A stretch of DNA of 64,000 bases from Eledone cirrhosa (taxonomy: Eukaryota), in NCBI GenBank assembly GCA_964016885.1, contig OZ024741.1, positions 321,532,001 through 321,596,000 of the forward strand, given 5' to 3'. This document shows positions 12,203-24,600 of the stretch, piece after piece (the stretch's first letter is position 1; each line of letters starts with the position of its first letter). A program made the position numbers and the translations under genes. The notes under the pieces were generated by a model. The model ran no database searches, had not been told where the DNA came from, and saw only the letters and a program-made list of their open reading frames with translations.

Positions 12203-14610
12203 TGAGAACAACTGGAAGGACTTCAGGAGCTCGGTCTATGAGGCTTCAGCAGAGGTCCTTGGCTTTGTCACAAGAAAACAAGGACTGGTTTGATGAGAAT
12301 GACCAGGAGGTCAAGGCTCTGTTAGACAGAAAACAAAAGGCACTTGATGCAGTTCTTAAAGGTGGTAGCTCTGTTGGTGACAATTATGAGTGTTACAGAC
12401 AGGTAAAGAAGGAAGTGCAGGTGAAACTCAGAGCTATGCAAAATACCTGGTGGAGCAACAAAGGAGATGAAGTTCAAGTGGCATCTGACGGCAACAATGT
12501 GAAACTGCTGCACTTTCTACTCACAGAGGTGTATGGCCCTTTCAGCTCTCCAGTGGCCCCTTTGAGATCGAAAGATGGCAAGCAATTACTGCGCGACCCA
12601 AAAGACACTCGACAGATAGAGAGATCACTTTGATGAGCTGTTAAACCAGCCATCCCAGGTTGATGATGATTTCATTTGTTCCATTCCTATTGAACCAGTG
12701 AAGCATATGAGATGGCTTGCAGAGGGGACTTCTGTTGTGCATAAGCTGAACTGTGGTAAGTCTCCTGGTATAGATGGTCTGAGTGGAGCGGTTTTGAAGT
12801 GTGGTGGTGAAAACTTCACGCAGCGCCTGACTGAACTCATGAAAATGGTGTGGGAAGATGAGAATGTCCCACAAGAAGGATGCGCTCATGGTGATTCTCC
12901 ATAAAGGAAAGGACGGCAAGGACAAATGTGGCAATTATCATGTCATATCCCTTCTTTCAGTAGTTGGTAAAGTCGTGTCGAATATTGATGGATAGATTGA
13001 TCCCAAGAGTTGCTCTGAATGTGTTGCCTGAGTCGCAGTGTGGGTTCAGAAACGAAAGAGGAACAGTAGATATGATCGTTTCTGCTTGGCAGCTGCAAGA
13101 AAAGTGTATCGAACAATGTATGGACCTTTACCAGGTCTTTGTTGACTTGACAAAGGCCTTTGACACTGTTAATCGAACTGCGTTGTGGGAAAAAAATCCA
13201 AGGTAGGGTAGAAGATTCTGCATCTTTTCCATGATGACATGAAGGCTTTGGTCAGTATTGGTGGTAGCATCTCTGAACCAATATCAGTTGAAAATGGAGT
13301 GAAGCAGAGGGACATTCCGGCTCCAACTCTGTTTTCCTTATATTTTACGATAGTGTTTCTCATGGCATTCAAATATTGTTCTCATGGGGTTTACATCAGG
13401 TATCGCACTTCAGGAAGGTTGTTCAACACCAGGCGCTTTGGTACAAGCACAAAGGTATTAACATCTATAATCCGAGAGTTTTTGTATGCAGACGACTGCA
13501 ATCTTTTTGCACACTCACAAAGTGACATGCAGCATATTATGAATTCTTTTTCTGCAGCTTGCAGCACTTTGGACGTCACAATAAGCTTGGAAAAGACTGT
13601 TGTGATGTATCAGCCAGTACCTGGAAACGAGTACACTGCACCAAGTGTGTACGTGTATGGAAAGAGGCTAAAAGTTGCTGACAAGTTTGTTTACCTTGGT
13701 AGTACGTTGAACACTTCATGCACACATGATAATAAAATATCCTTAAGAATCAAGAAAGCCAGTGATGCTTTTGGACGGCTGCATCAACGTTTATGGTCCA
13801 GATGAGGTATCGCTATAAAAACCAAGGTGAAAGTGTATCTGACTTGTGTTGTCTCCTCTTTACTTTATGTTTGTGAAACGTGGGTCACATACAGAAAGCA
13901 CCTCAAGGATCTGGAGAGATTTCACCAACAATCTCTTCATAAGTTACTTGGAAGTTCTAGAACGGAGCAGGTGCGTGACTATAGAGAACATAATCTTTCG
14001 GTATCGGTTGAAGTGGTGCAGTCACGTGGTCCGGATGTCTGATGATCGTATTCCAAAGCAACTTCTCTATGGAGAACTGTGTGAAGGAAGGCGGCCACCA
14101 CACAAACCAAAAATGCGGTACCAGGACTGTGTCAGGGACACCTTGGCTTGTGCTGGAATTTCATCTGATGAATGGGAGAAAATGGCTGACGAGCGTGTGA
14201 AGTGGAGACCACTTTGAAACTCGTCGGAGAGAACACCTAACACTGAAAAGGAAGGTGAGGATTGAGACTGTTCTGAACTGCCTGCTGTTGAACATCATCT
14301 GGTTTGCCAGCACTGTGGTCGAGTCTGCCTGAGCAAAGCTGGTTTGATTAGACATGAACAAAGTCATATCAGTAGACCTCATGTAGATTATGATCTGAAA
14401 AGGTGTAAGAAATGTACAAGCATGGGAGGTCTTAAAAGATACATGTGAACATACAGCCAGAACAAAGCAATGGAAGGTTTCGAGGGAGCCTAAAGTTGCC
14501 ATGTGTGTGCCAGAGGGTGCAAGTATTTGGCTGGTTTAAAGAGTCACATTTGTGCTTCACATTTTTGAACATTTTATCGGGCGATAGCAATACTTGAACA
14601 CGAGTTTGCA
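12203..14610 (+). mobile_element. Decayed RTE (BovB-like) LINE with C-terminal C2H2-finger relics
   Basis: Fragments LPESQCGFR, FVDLTKAFD, FLYADD, FVYLGS, RIPKQLLYGEL. CxxC...H motifs at ~14305-14560. Many frameshifts. Confidence 0.88.
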
Positions 14611-15487
14611 GCCATCATGTAGTATGTATGTATGTATGTCGGGTCACTCTTGAGTGCTATTGGTAACATGTAACCCAGTACAACCTGTCGCATGGTCGGG
14701 TCGTCGGCGACCCCACCAAGCAACCCCACCAAGTTTACTTGGTGAGGAGGGTGATTTTGGACACCCTGCAGGACAAAAAACAAAACCTGACAAAGGGCGG
14801 AAGATCTCATAAGAGTCAACGGCCATCCAAAAGTGTGTAAATATGTATATACACATGTACATATGTATGTATATGTATATGTGTATATATATGGGTACAT
14901 GTGTATGTACATGCGTGGGGACATAGAAATAATAGGGCAAGACACCCGATCGTGCGGTTAAACCACTGGGAGTGAAGGACCCCTAGCCTTTGTCAGGGCA
15001 TTCTTCTAGGAGAAGGCAACTCAGGAAACTGGGATAACTCTGATATAAAACCTGCGGCTCAGTAGTTACCGATGATGTTGATATTTTCTTCTTTTCGGGT
15101 TATAGCTACTGTCGCTCAGAGAGTGGGATTGGCTCAGTGCACAGTCTTTCCTCATTTAAAAAAATATCTTCATGCACAGGCATTGCACGATAGAATAATT
15201 AATAATTATTAATAATGGTATAACGAGGAGGCAGCCATCATGTATGCATGCATGCGTGTATGTATGTGTGTGTGTGTGCATGCGTGTGTGTATATATATA
15301 TATGCATGTGGGTGTGTATATATATATCTCCATATACATATTTATTCAGCTGATATAGGCTGGATTGGTTGGAATATTCTGACGCGAATTCTTTCTGCTC
15401 TGTTAAATCGAAACAAATCTTGACTTTTTATTTGAGGTTTTCTATATAAGAGACCGGGAGACCATGTTGATACTATGAAGGCCATTT

Positions 15488-16090
15488 GTCCTAAGCCACC
15501 TGGACTATTGCTCCCAGCTGTGGTCACCCCATAGTATCAAACTAACCACGGAACTTGAGACAATCCAACGAAGCTACACCAAGAGGATTGCACGATGAAG
15601 GAGATGAGCTACGGGGAGAGGCTAAAAGAACTGAAACTCTACTCTTTGGAACGAAGACGGGAGAGATACGCAATGATATACATATGGAAAATCCTGGAGG
15701 GACTATCGCCAAACTTTGGTATTGAGAGCGGGACCAACCCCCGAACAGGACGTCACTGTGTGGTGACAAAGGTCCTGTCTTCCACATCTAGAACAAGAAG
15801 CAGATATTGTAATAGACTGGGGTTCAAAGGCCCTCAACTCTTCAACAAACTGACGAGGGATTTGAGAGATCTACATGGTGTGGCCGTGGATATTTTCAAG
15901 AAACTTCTCGACACCCTGTTATCCAGGATCCCGGATGAGCCCACATCACGGTACGAAGGTAATCTAAGGGCAGCAGCAACGAACTCCCTCTTACATCAAT
16001 GGCCAGCCAACACAGGCTGGAGATAGAATGTGTAGCAACAAGGGCAGTGCCCAATCATGGTCTCAGCCGGATGGCTGGAACAGCTAAAAG
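15488..16090 (+). mobile_element. CR1/L2-group LINE 3' fragment
   Basis: ORF 15595-16026 MSYGERLKELKLYSLERRRERYAMIYIWKIL. Minus-strand copies at ~19076-19410 and ~44455-44790. Confidence 0.75.
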
Positions 16091-16366
16091 AGTATATATA
16101 TATATATATTTAATATAGAAATGGCTTCAACAGGACTAGAACTGTTTCATTCGGAGAAAATCATCAGAAAAGCCGACTGTCAATGTAATATGGTGGTATT
16201 TATACATTTTCTGGTGGTAGGGGAGGGTAGTAAATTGATGCTAAGTAGACAAACACATACACACTGACAGGCACTCCTAATTTTCAAGATTCATTTATTC
16301 CAAACAAACAAAGGGTTTTCATTGATTGGCAATATTAAAATGCTCTGCTAAAAGATATAAATATCT

Positions 16367-16395
16367 GTGTATGTGTGTGTATATATATATATATA

Positions 16396-16430
<35 letters not shown>

Positions 16431-16505
16431 GTGTGTATGTGTGTGTTTGTGTATATATATATATGTGTGTGTTTGTGTATATATATATATATATATGTGT
16501 GTGTT

Positions 16506-16554
<49 letters not shown>

Positions 16555-16555
16555 T

Positions 16556-16615
<60 letters not shown>

Positions 16616-16627
16616 ATGTGTGTGTGT
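16367..16627. repeat. Compound (TA)n/(TG)n microsatellite
   Basis: Directly visible. Confidence 0.95.
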
Positions 16628-17579
16628 GCAAATTTCAATAATATTAAGACACCCTATAGTGAAAAGTTTGGCCAATAAATGGAACAAGATTTTACGAACT
16701 CCTCCCATAACCATATATATTCTGAAACTACATTCCCCAGGGTAGTTGTATAAGTATATTTCATTTTAATCAAAGGGTTCATCGGGGGCACAAAACCGCC
16801 GCTGAAACTTTACCTTCGATTTATATGCAAACCATAGGTAAACGACAAGATATGATACCTATTCACAAAATTTTAGAAAATTGCAATAAAATTAAAATAC
16901 CCTAATGGGGGTTAAACCCCCTATTAGGGTTCACCGGTGGCACAAACCCCTGCTGAAAATGTTTTCCCTTCGATTTATATGCAATTTAAACCATAGGTAA
17001 ACGACAAGATATGATGTCTATTCACATCATTTCAGCAAATTTCTATAAAATTACAATACCCTAATGGGGGTTAAACCCCCTATTAGGGTTCACCAGGGGG
17101 CACAAAATCCTCGCTGAAAATTTTTTCGGTTCGATTTATATGCAATTTAAACCATAGATAAATGAAGAGATATGATGCCTATTCACAACATTTCAATACT
17201 ATAAGACACCTTAATGGTGGTTAAACCCCCTATTAGGGTTCCCCGGGGGTACAAACCCCCGCTGAAAACTTTTCCCTTTCGATTTATATGAAACTTAAAC
17301 CATAGGTAAATGACAAGATATGATGCCTATTCACAAAAGTTTTCAATTGATATTTTGAAAAAAATTATTTACAAGAAACAAAATAAGAATAAGATTTAAT
17401 AATGCAATTTTGATTTGATATATTACAAAAAATAATGTTTTCCAATTTTTCATGCATTATATTTTACATTGAGCAATATTGAGTTTTTCTCCATAAATTA
17501 TATCACTGATTTAAAATCAATCATCATTTTCTTACAAAAAAAATGTGTGAAACGCAGCAAGGCGCGGGTAATTCGGCTA

Positions 17580-17580
<1 letters not shown>
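16627..17580 (+). mobile_element. Helitron-like element copy with ~4 tandem ~160-bp units
   Basis: Same unit as 1632-2299 and the same ...GGTAATTCGGCTAG|T end. Confidence 0.65.
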
Positions 17581-17624
<44 letters not shown>

Positions 17625-17654
17625 AGTGTGTGTATATATATATATGTGTGTGTG

Positions 17655-18645
17655 TGTGTGTGCTCATTATGTAGGAGAGGTGTAGGTAGAAACTCCATCC
17701 TCTGCCCCATATGCAAACTATGGGTACACAAGAGATGTAGTGGGATCTCAGGAAGTTTAGTTAAGAATGTAGGCTTTACATGTAGCAGTTGCACCAGGAC
17801 AGTAAGCAGCAAACAATCACTGAAAACAAGTGACATCAAAGTCTGGGAGGACTTGGTAAAAACAATACCGAATTAGCAGCAGAGAGGGTGTTCTGAAAGA
17901 ACGGGATGGAAGAAGTTGAGGGAGCTACTGCCACAGCTGGATACAAAAGGCTTTTCCCTCAGAATAAAAGGTAACTGTATGATGTGTGCATATGAACGGC
18001 AGTGTTGCATGGTAGTGAGAGCTGGACACTGTGTGTAGAAGACTTGCGTAGATTAGAAAGGAATGAAGCTTGTATGCTCCGATGGATGTGTAATAGTAAT
18101 ATACGCGAACAGCAAAGCATAAACAAACTGAAAGAGAAATTAGGCATAAGAGGAATCAAATGTTGTGTGCAGGAGAGGAGATTATGTTGGTATGGACATG
18201 TGATTCGTATGAAAGATGACAGCTACATAAAGTCCCAGAAAGACTTGAGATGAAGTGATAAAAGCCGACCTTGCCCAATTGCATCTCTGAAAGGCAATAA
18301 CACAGGACCAAGAGCTCTGGCGTTATGAGGTAATACAGAAACCCCAACTTCCCACGGGACCAGGCCAAGGCTGAAACATACATACAGTATGCACCACTCC
18401 ATCCCACCCGCCAATAATATTTCATAAGAACAGGCCGAAACACTGTAAAGTGGTCGTGATGGTGACACGGTAAAAAACACCCAGTCCACACTGTAAAGTA
18501 GTCGTGGAGGAATCACAACAAAAAACACCCAGTACTCACTGTAAATGAGCTTGGCATTAGGAAGGGCATCCAGCTGTAGAAACCAAGCCCAAATCAGTTC
18601 TTTATGAGCAAGACATGGTCACCTGACCTAACATTGCCAACAATA
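17655..18645 (+). mobile_element. RTE LINE 3' fragment (family of 2303-5328)
   Basis: CSLCRRGVGRNSILCPICK and MLHGSESWTL...RRLCWYGHV. Confidence 0.85.
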
Positions 18646-18647
18646 GA

Positions 18648-19008
18648 AGGCACATTGCTCAGTAGTTAGAGCATTGGGCTTGCAATTGAAAGGTTGTGAG
18701 TTTAATTCTCAGACCGGGTGATGTGTTGTTTCCTTGAGCAAGACACTTTATTTCACATTGCTCCAGTTTACTCAGCTGTAGAAATGAGATGATAGGACTG
18801 GGGTCCCTATCATTCCACTGCAAAAAAAAAAAAAAAAACACCCAGCACTCACTGTAAATGAGGTTGGTGTTAGGAAGGGCATCCAGCTGTAGAAATCAAG
18901 ACAGAATCAGTTCCCGTATAAGCAAGACAAGGTCAGCCGACTGGACACTGCCATCAACAGGACAACCCATGCTAGCGTAGAAGAACTGACATAAAATGAT
19001 GATGATGA
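18648..19008 (+). mobile_element. tRNA-derived SINE with RTE-type tail
   Basis: Degenerate A/B boxes, core TCCTTGAGCAAGACACTTTA, RTE 3' UTR and (TGA)n. Confidence 0.8.
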
Positions 19009-19414
19009 AATATAACAGAGTTTTATAGCTTGCTTGAAGCATTGATGAATAGGAAACACAAATTTAAATTTTGAAAACCAAGTTGAGGGCCTTTGAACCC
19101 CAGGCTGTTGCAATAGCTGCTCCTGATTTTAGATGTGGAAGACGGGACCTTTGGTACCACACAGTGACGTCCTGTTCGAGAATTGGTCCAGCTCTCAATG
19201 CGAAAGTTTGGTCTTAGTCCCCCCAGGATTTTCCATATGTATATCATTGCATATCTCTCCCGTCTTCATTCCGAGGAGTAGAGTTTCAGTTCTTTTAGAC
19301 TCTCCCAGTAGTTTATCTCCTTCATCGTGGCAACCTTCTTGGTGTAGCTTCATTGGATTGCTTCAAGCTCCATGGTTAGTTTGATACTATGGGGTGACCA
19401 CAGCTGGGAGCATT

Positions 19415-19775
19415 CATCATTTCATTTTACGTCCACTTTTTCCCTGCTTGCAAGGGTGGGACAGGAACTGATTCTGGCTTGATTTCTACAGCTGGATGCC
19501 CTTCCTAACACCAACCTCATTTACAGTGAGTGCTGGGTGCTTTTTTCCCGTGGCACCTCCACATCCACTTTACAGTGTGGGCTGGGTGCTTTTTTGCCGT
19601 GGCACCTCCACGACCACTTTGCAGTGGAATGATAGGGACCCCAGTCCTATCATCTCATTTCTACAGCTGAGTAAACTGGCGCAATGTGAAATAAAGTGTC
19701 TTGCTCAAGGAAACAACACATCACCCGGTGTGAGAATTGAACTCACAACCTTTCGATTGGAAGGCCAATGCTCTC
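19415..19775 (-). mobile_element. tRNA-derived SINE with RTE-type tail
   Basis: Reverse complement of the SINE at 23962. Confidence 0.8.
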
Positions 19776-19785
19776 AATATGTATG

Positions 19786-19829
<44 letters not shown>

Positions 19830-19877
19830 CATATATATATATATAATTTTTTGCTTCTCTAACTATATATATATATA

Positions 19878-20410
19878 TCATCATCATCATCATCATCAAC
19901 GTTTAACGTCCGTGTTCCACGCTTGCATGGGTTTGGACGGGGGTAGTCCCACTTGAGGCAAGAGTGATTGTCTTGCTCGCATAGGACTGTCTGGCAGGTT
20001 TTCTACAGTTGGATGCCCTTCCTAACACCAACCACATTTACAGTGTGGGTCTGGGAGGTTTTTACCGTGTTGCCTACACGGCCACATTACAGCGTGGACT
20101 GTGTGTTTTTTTGTCGTGACACCTACACGATCTCATTTGTTTCGGCCCGGATGGCGCGGCACCAACATAACTTTACATAGGACGAGGTGGTGTGGATGGG
20201 GTGGGGGTGGTGGTGGTGGGACGGGGTGTATTTTGTTAGAGATGCCTACTGGCAAGGCGGGTCTTCTCTGTTACTGAGTACCGCCAAAGGTCTCGGTCCA
20301 GTGACATTGTCTTGGAGAGGTGTAAGTGTGTGAGGTCGGAGTTTATCAGCTCGTCCCAGGTTTTTCTAGGTCTGCCTATTCCGTGGCTACCGTCTATCTT
20401 TATTGCCATA
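19878..20410 (-). mobile_element. RTE LINE 3' end
   Basis: (ATC)n tail, TGGATGCCCTTCCTAACACC motif and GRPRKTWDELI coding relic. Confidence 0.75.
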
Positions 20411-21639
20411 TATATATAAATATAAATTAGCGAGAATCGTATTTCAGCTCAGGAATTAACGAAAATCGACGTCCGATATGTGTGGCAAGCGGTCGATGAT
20501 TCATGTGAATCAGAGCTACAACATACGTTAAGGGCCAAACACACTGAGATGATGGTTAAACATATCATCCGCACAGCCAAAACAAACGACCAAGTAATTC
20601 GGGTCAAACAATAAAAATATATGTGTTGATACTTTCCCGGACCCTGGACTGATGGTAAAATCCAGTATTGGTTTCTGCGACTCCAAAATCAGGTACTGTC
20701 CGCCTACATAAAGAATGTTGGGCTTCTGGTAGGATGATGAACAAGGAAGTCGTGTTATCAACGGGTTTTGCTCCAAAATGCTATAGATAAGTGTGACTAT
20801 TACTGACCCCACGTGGGGTTCAGCAAGGGAGGCAACACCTCTATTAGGCGAATGATTCAGTTGTGTATAATATTGCGAGAATGCAAAATATCACAAATCG
20901 AATTAAGCTCTCGACAGAATGGTTAAATATAACAGAGCTATTCAACAGTCAATAGAAGCAACTAAAAAAATCTATAAAATTAACTGCTCAAAGAAATAAC
21001 ACCCCCACCTGGTCTGAGAATTGAACTCACAACCTTTCGATTGCAAGGCCAATGCTCTAACCACTAAGCCATGTGCCTCCATTACCATATTAACAACAAA
21101 TATGATTTTCACTGCAATAAAAAATGACAAGCTTTGTGAATGGTATTTCCACCCACTTTCCGCCCTCTTTTTTCTACAAAGCTAGTCAATTTCAACAGGT
21201 TTCAAAGCCTTCATTGATAATATGTGCAAAAAATAGTTAATTGCGAAGACTTTTAATGTAAGATTGGGTGGTAAGCACACACAAAAAAAAAGACAAAAAA
21301 AGCAGGAAAAACATTTTTCACACTGAGTTCAATAGCATGGTGCGATGTAGTATGGTGTAGTTTGTTATGGTGTGGTTTGGTTTGGTGTAGTTTGGTATGG
21401 TTTAGTTTGGTGTAGTTATAATATGGAAACCTATCATAAATTTACCAAGGTATGGTATAATCTGGTTTGGTGTAGTGTAGGTTAGTGTGGTGTGGTGTCT
21501 TATTGTGTTGCATCGTATAGCGTGATTCTCTTTAAATTAAAATCATTAAAATGTAATGCCTATCTTCTATATCTTAAAGAGTGACCTTAAATGTGATTGC
21601 AAATGACTTTTTTCTCTGGGTTAATGTTAGATTTAGGGT

Positions 21640-24600
21640 TAGTGTTAGGGTAAGTATTACTGTTAATGGTAAGTTTATTGTTAGTGACTGTGTTACTATT
21701 AGCATTACTGTCACTGTTAGTGTTACTGTAACTGTTACTCTTACAGTTACTGTTTGCGTTACTGTCTGCATCAGCGTTAGTATTTGCATAAGCGTCTATG
21801 TAAGCTTTTGTGTTAGTGTCTATGTAGACTGGTGTTAGCATCTGCGTTAGTGTTTGCGTAAGTGTCAGCATCTATGTCAGCATTTGCGTCAGCGTCTGAA
21901 TTGGTGATAGTGATTGTGTCAGCATTTCCCTTAGCGTCTGAGTCAACATTAGTGTTAGCATTAGTGTTTGTTTCAGTGCCTACGTCTACGTCAGCTTCTG
22001 AGTCAGCATTATCATTAGCGTCCGTGTCAGCACTTGTGTCAGTGTCAGCATTTCCCTCAGTGTCAGCGTTTGCATCAGCGTGCACGTCAGCATTTGCATT
22101 AGTGTTTGAGTCAGTGTTAGCATCAGCGTTTACATTTGTGTAGAGGTTAGCATTTGCGTCAGCATCTACATCAGCATTCACATTAGCATTAGCGTTTGCG
22201 ACGGCGTTTCCTTTAACGTCTTTGTCAGCATTTCCGTTAGCGTCTATGTCAGTGTTTCCATTAGCTTCTACGTCAGTGTTTACGTTAGCGTCTGTGTCAG
22301 TGTTTCCGTTAGCTTCTACGTCAGCATTTCCGTTAGCTTCTATGTCAGCATTTCCGTTAGCATCTATGTCAGTGTTTCCATTAGCATCTACGTCAGCGTT
22401 TCCGTTAGCATCTATGTCAGTGTTTCCATTAGCTTCTACGTCAGCGTTTCTGACCACGTCTGTGTCAGCGTCAGTATTTACATCTACATCAGCGTCAGCG
22501 TTTCAGTTAACGTCAGTGTTTACGTTAGTGTCTGTGTCAGCGTTTACGTTAGCTTCTTCGTCAGCGTTTTCGTAACGTCTACGTCAGCGTTTTCTGTTAG
22601 CATTGGCGTTTCCATCAACCTTTCCTGTGGCGTCCGCATCATTGCAGCGTCTGCATATCCCATGTAAGCGTTAACTTCAGCATTTGCGTCAGCGTTAACT
22701 TCAGCATTTGCGTCAGCCCTAGCGTCCGCATCAGCATTTGCGTTAGCGTCAGCATACATGTCAGCGCCGGCAAAATTGCCCCAACATTTGCGTCAGCGTT
22801 AGCTTTGGCTTTAGCAATCCGCATCAGCAATTGCGTTTTGGAGATCAGCTTCGGCGGTAAGGGTAAACGCTAACTTCTACGCCTGCTTCTACGTTAACAA
22901 CTACGTCAGCGTTTACGTTAGCTTCTACGTCAGCATCTACGTTAGCTTCTACATCAGCATCTACGTTAGCTTCTACGTCAGCGCTTACATTAGTGTCTGT
23001 GTCAGCGTTTGTGTTAGCTTCTACATCAGCGTCAGCGTTTACATCTACGTCAGCGTCAGCGTTTACATTTGCGTCTGTGTCAGCGTTTACGTTAGCTTCT
23101 ACGTCATCGTTTACATTAGCGTCTGTGTCATCGTTTACGTTAGCGTCTGCGTCAACGTGTGTTAGCATCTGTGTCAGCGTTTATGTTAGCATCTGCGTCA
23201 GTGTTTACGTTAGCATCTGTGTTAACGTGTGTTAGCGTCTGCATCAGCATTTTCATTAGTGTTTGCATCAGTGATTCCTTTAGCTTCTACGTCAATGTTT
23301 ACGTCTGCGTTAAGGTTCACATTAGCATCGCTGTCATCGTTTGTGTCAGCATTTGCGTTTGCTTTAACATCTGCATCAACATTTGCGTCTGTGTTTGCAT
23401 TAGTGTCTGCATTTGCTTTAGTGTTTGCATCAGCGTGAGCATTTGTGTCAGTGTCCACGTCAGCGTTAGAGTCTGAGTAGCATTTACATCAGCGTGTGCG
23501 TCAGAGTCTTTGTCAGCATTCGCCTTTGCACCTGCATCAGTATTCACGTTAGTGTTTGTGTCAGCGTAAGCGATTGTGTCAACATTTGTGCTAGCGTTTG
23601 TGCCAGCATAGCCATCTTCGTGAGTGTCAGCGTTGGCGTTAGTGTTAGTGTTTCCATTAGTGTTCGTGTTAGTGTTTGATTTTGTATTAGTGTTAGCATT
23701 TTTGTTAGTGTTAGTGTTCAGGTTAATGTTGACTTAGTTTTCTGGTTAGTGTTAGTTTTCAGGTTAGGGCTCGTGTTACTTTTAGTGTTAGTGCTCAGGT
23801 TAGTGGTTTATGGTAGTGTTAGTTTTAGTGGTAGTGTTAGTGTTCAGGTTAATGTTCGTATTAATGTCAGTTTTAGTGTTAGTGTTCAGGTTAATGTTAG
23901 TGTTTACGGTAGTGTTAGTTTTAGTGTTAGTGTTTTATTTTGTGTTAATGTTTGTGTTAATGGAGGCACATGGCTTAGTGGTTAGAGCATTGGCCTTGCA
24001 ATCGAAAGATTGTGAGTTCAGTCCTCAGACCAGGTGATGTGTTGTTTCCTTGAGCAAGACACTTTATTTCACATTGCTCCAGTTTACTCAGCTGTAGAAA
24101 TGAGATGATAGGGACTGGGGTCCCTATCATTCCACTGAAAAGTGGTTGTGTAGGTGCCACGTCAAAAAAGCACCCATCACTCACTGTAAATGAGGTTGGT
24201 GTTAGGAAGGGCATCCAGCTGTAGAAATCAAACCAGAATCAGTTCCCGTCCCACCCTTGCAAGCAGGGAAAAGCGGACGTAAAATGATGATGATGATGAT
24301 GATGATGATGATGTGTTAGTGTTTCCATTAGTGTTAGTGCTAGTCTTTGTTTTTCTGTTAATGTTAGTGTTTGTTTTAGTGTTGAGGTTAATGTTAGCTT
24401 AGTTTTCTGGTTAGTATCAGTTTTTGTGTTAGTTTTAGTGTTAGTGTTAGTTTTTATGGTAGTGTTAGTGTTACTGTTAGTGCTCAGATCAGTGTTACTG
24501 TTTATGGTAGTGTTAGTTTTAGTGCTAGTGTTTAGGTTAATGTTAGTTTTAGTGTAAGTGTATAGGTTAGTTTTAGTGTTCAAGTTATGTTTGTGTTAAT

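Noticed and set aside
16319-16714. [12 protein letters not shown] ORFs (also 30154-30978, 32483-32837 and others)
   Set aside because: They are translations of dinucleotide microsatellites.
16760-17340. CRISPR-like array (palindromic repeats at regular spacing)
   Set aside because: The intervening sequences are also repeated, there are no cas genes, and the context is eukaryotic.
23962-24035. tRNA gene
   Set aside because: It is a SINE head continuing into core and LINE tail, with multiple degenerate copies and no convincing acceptor stem.
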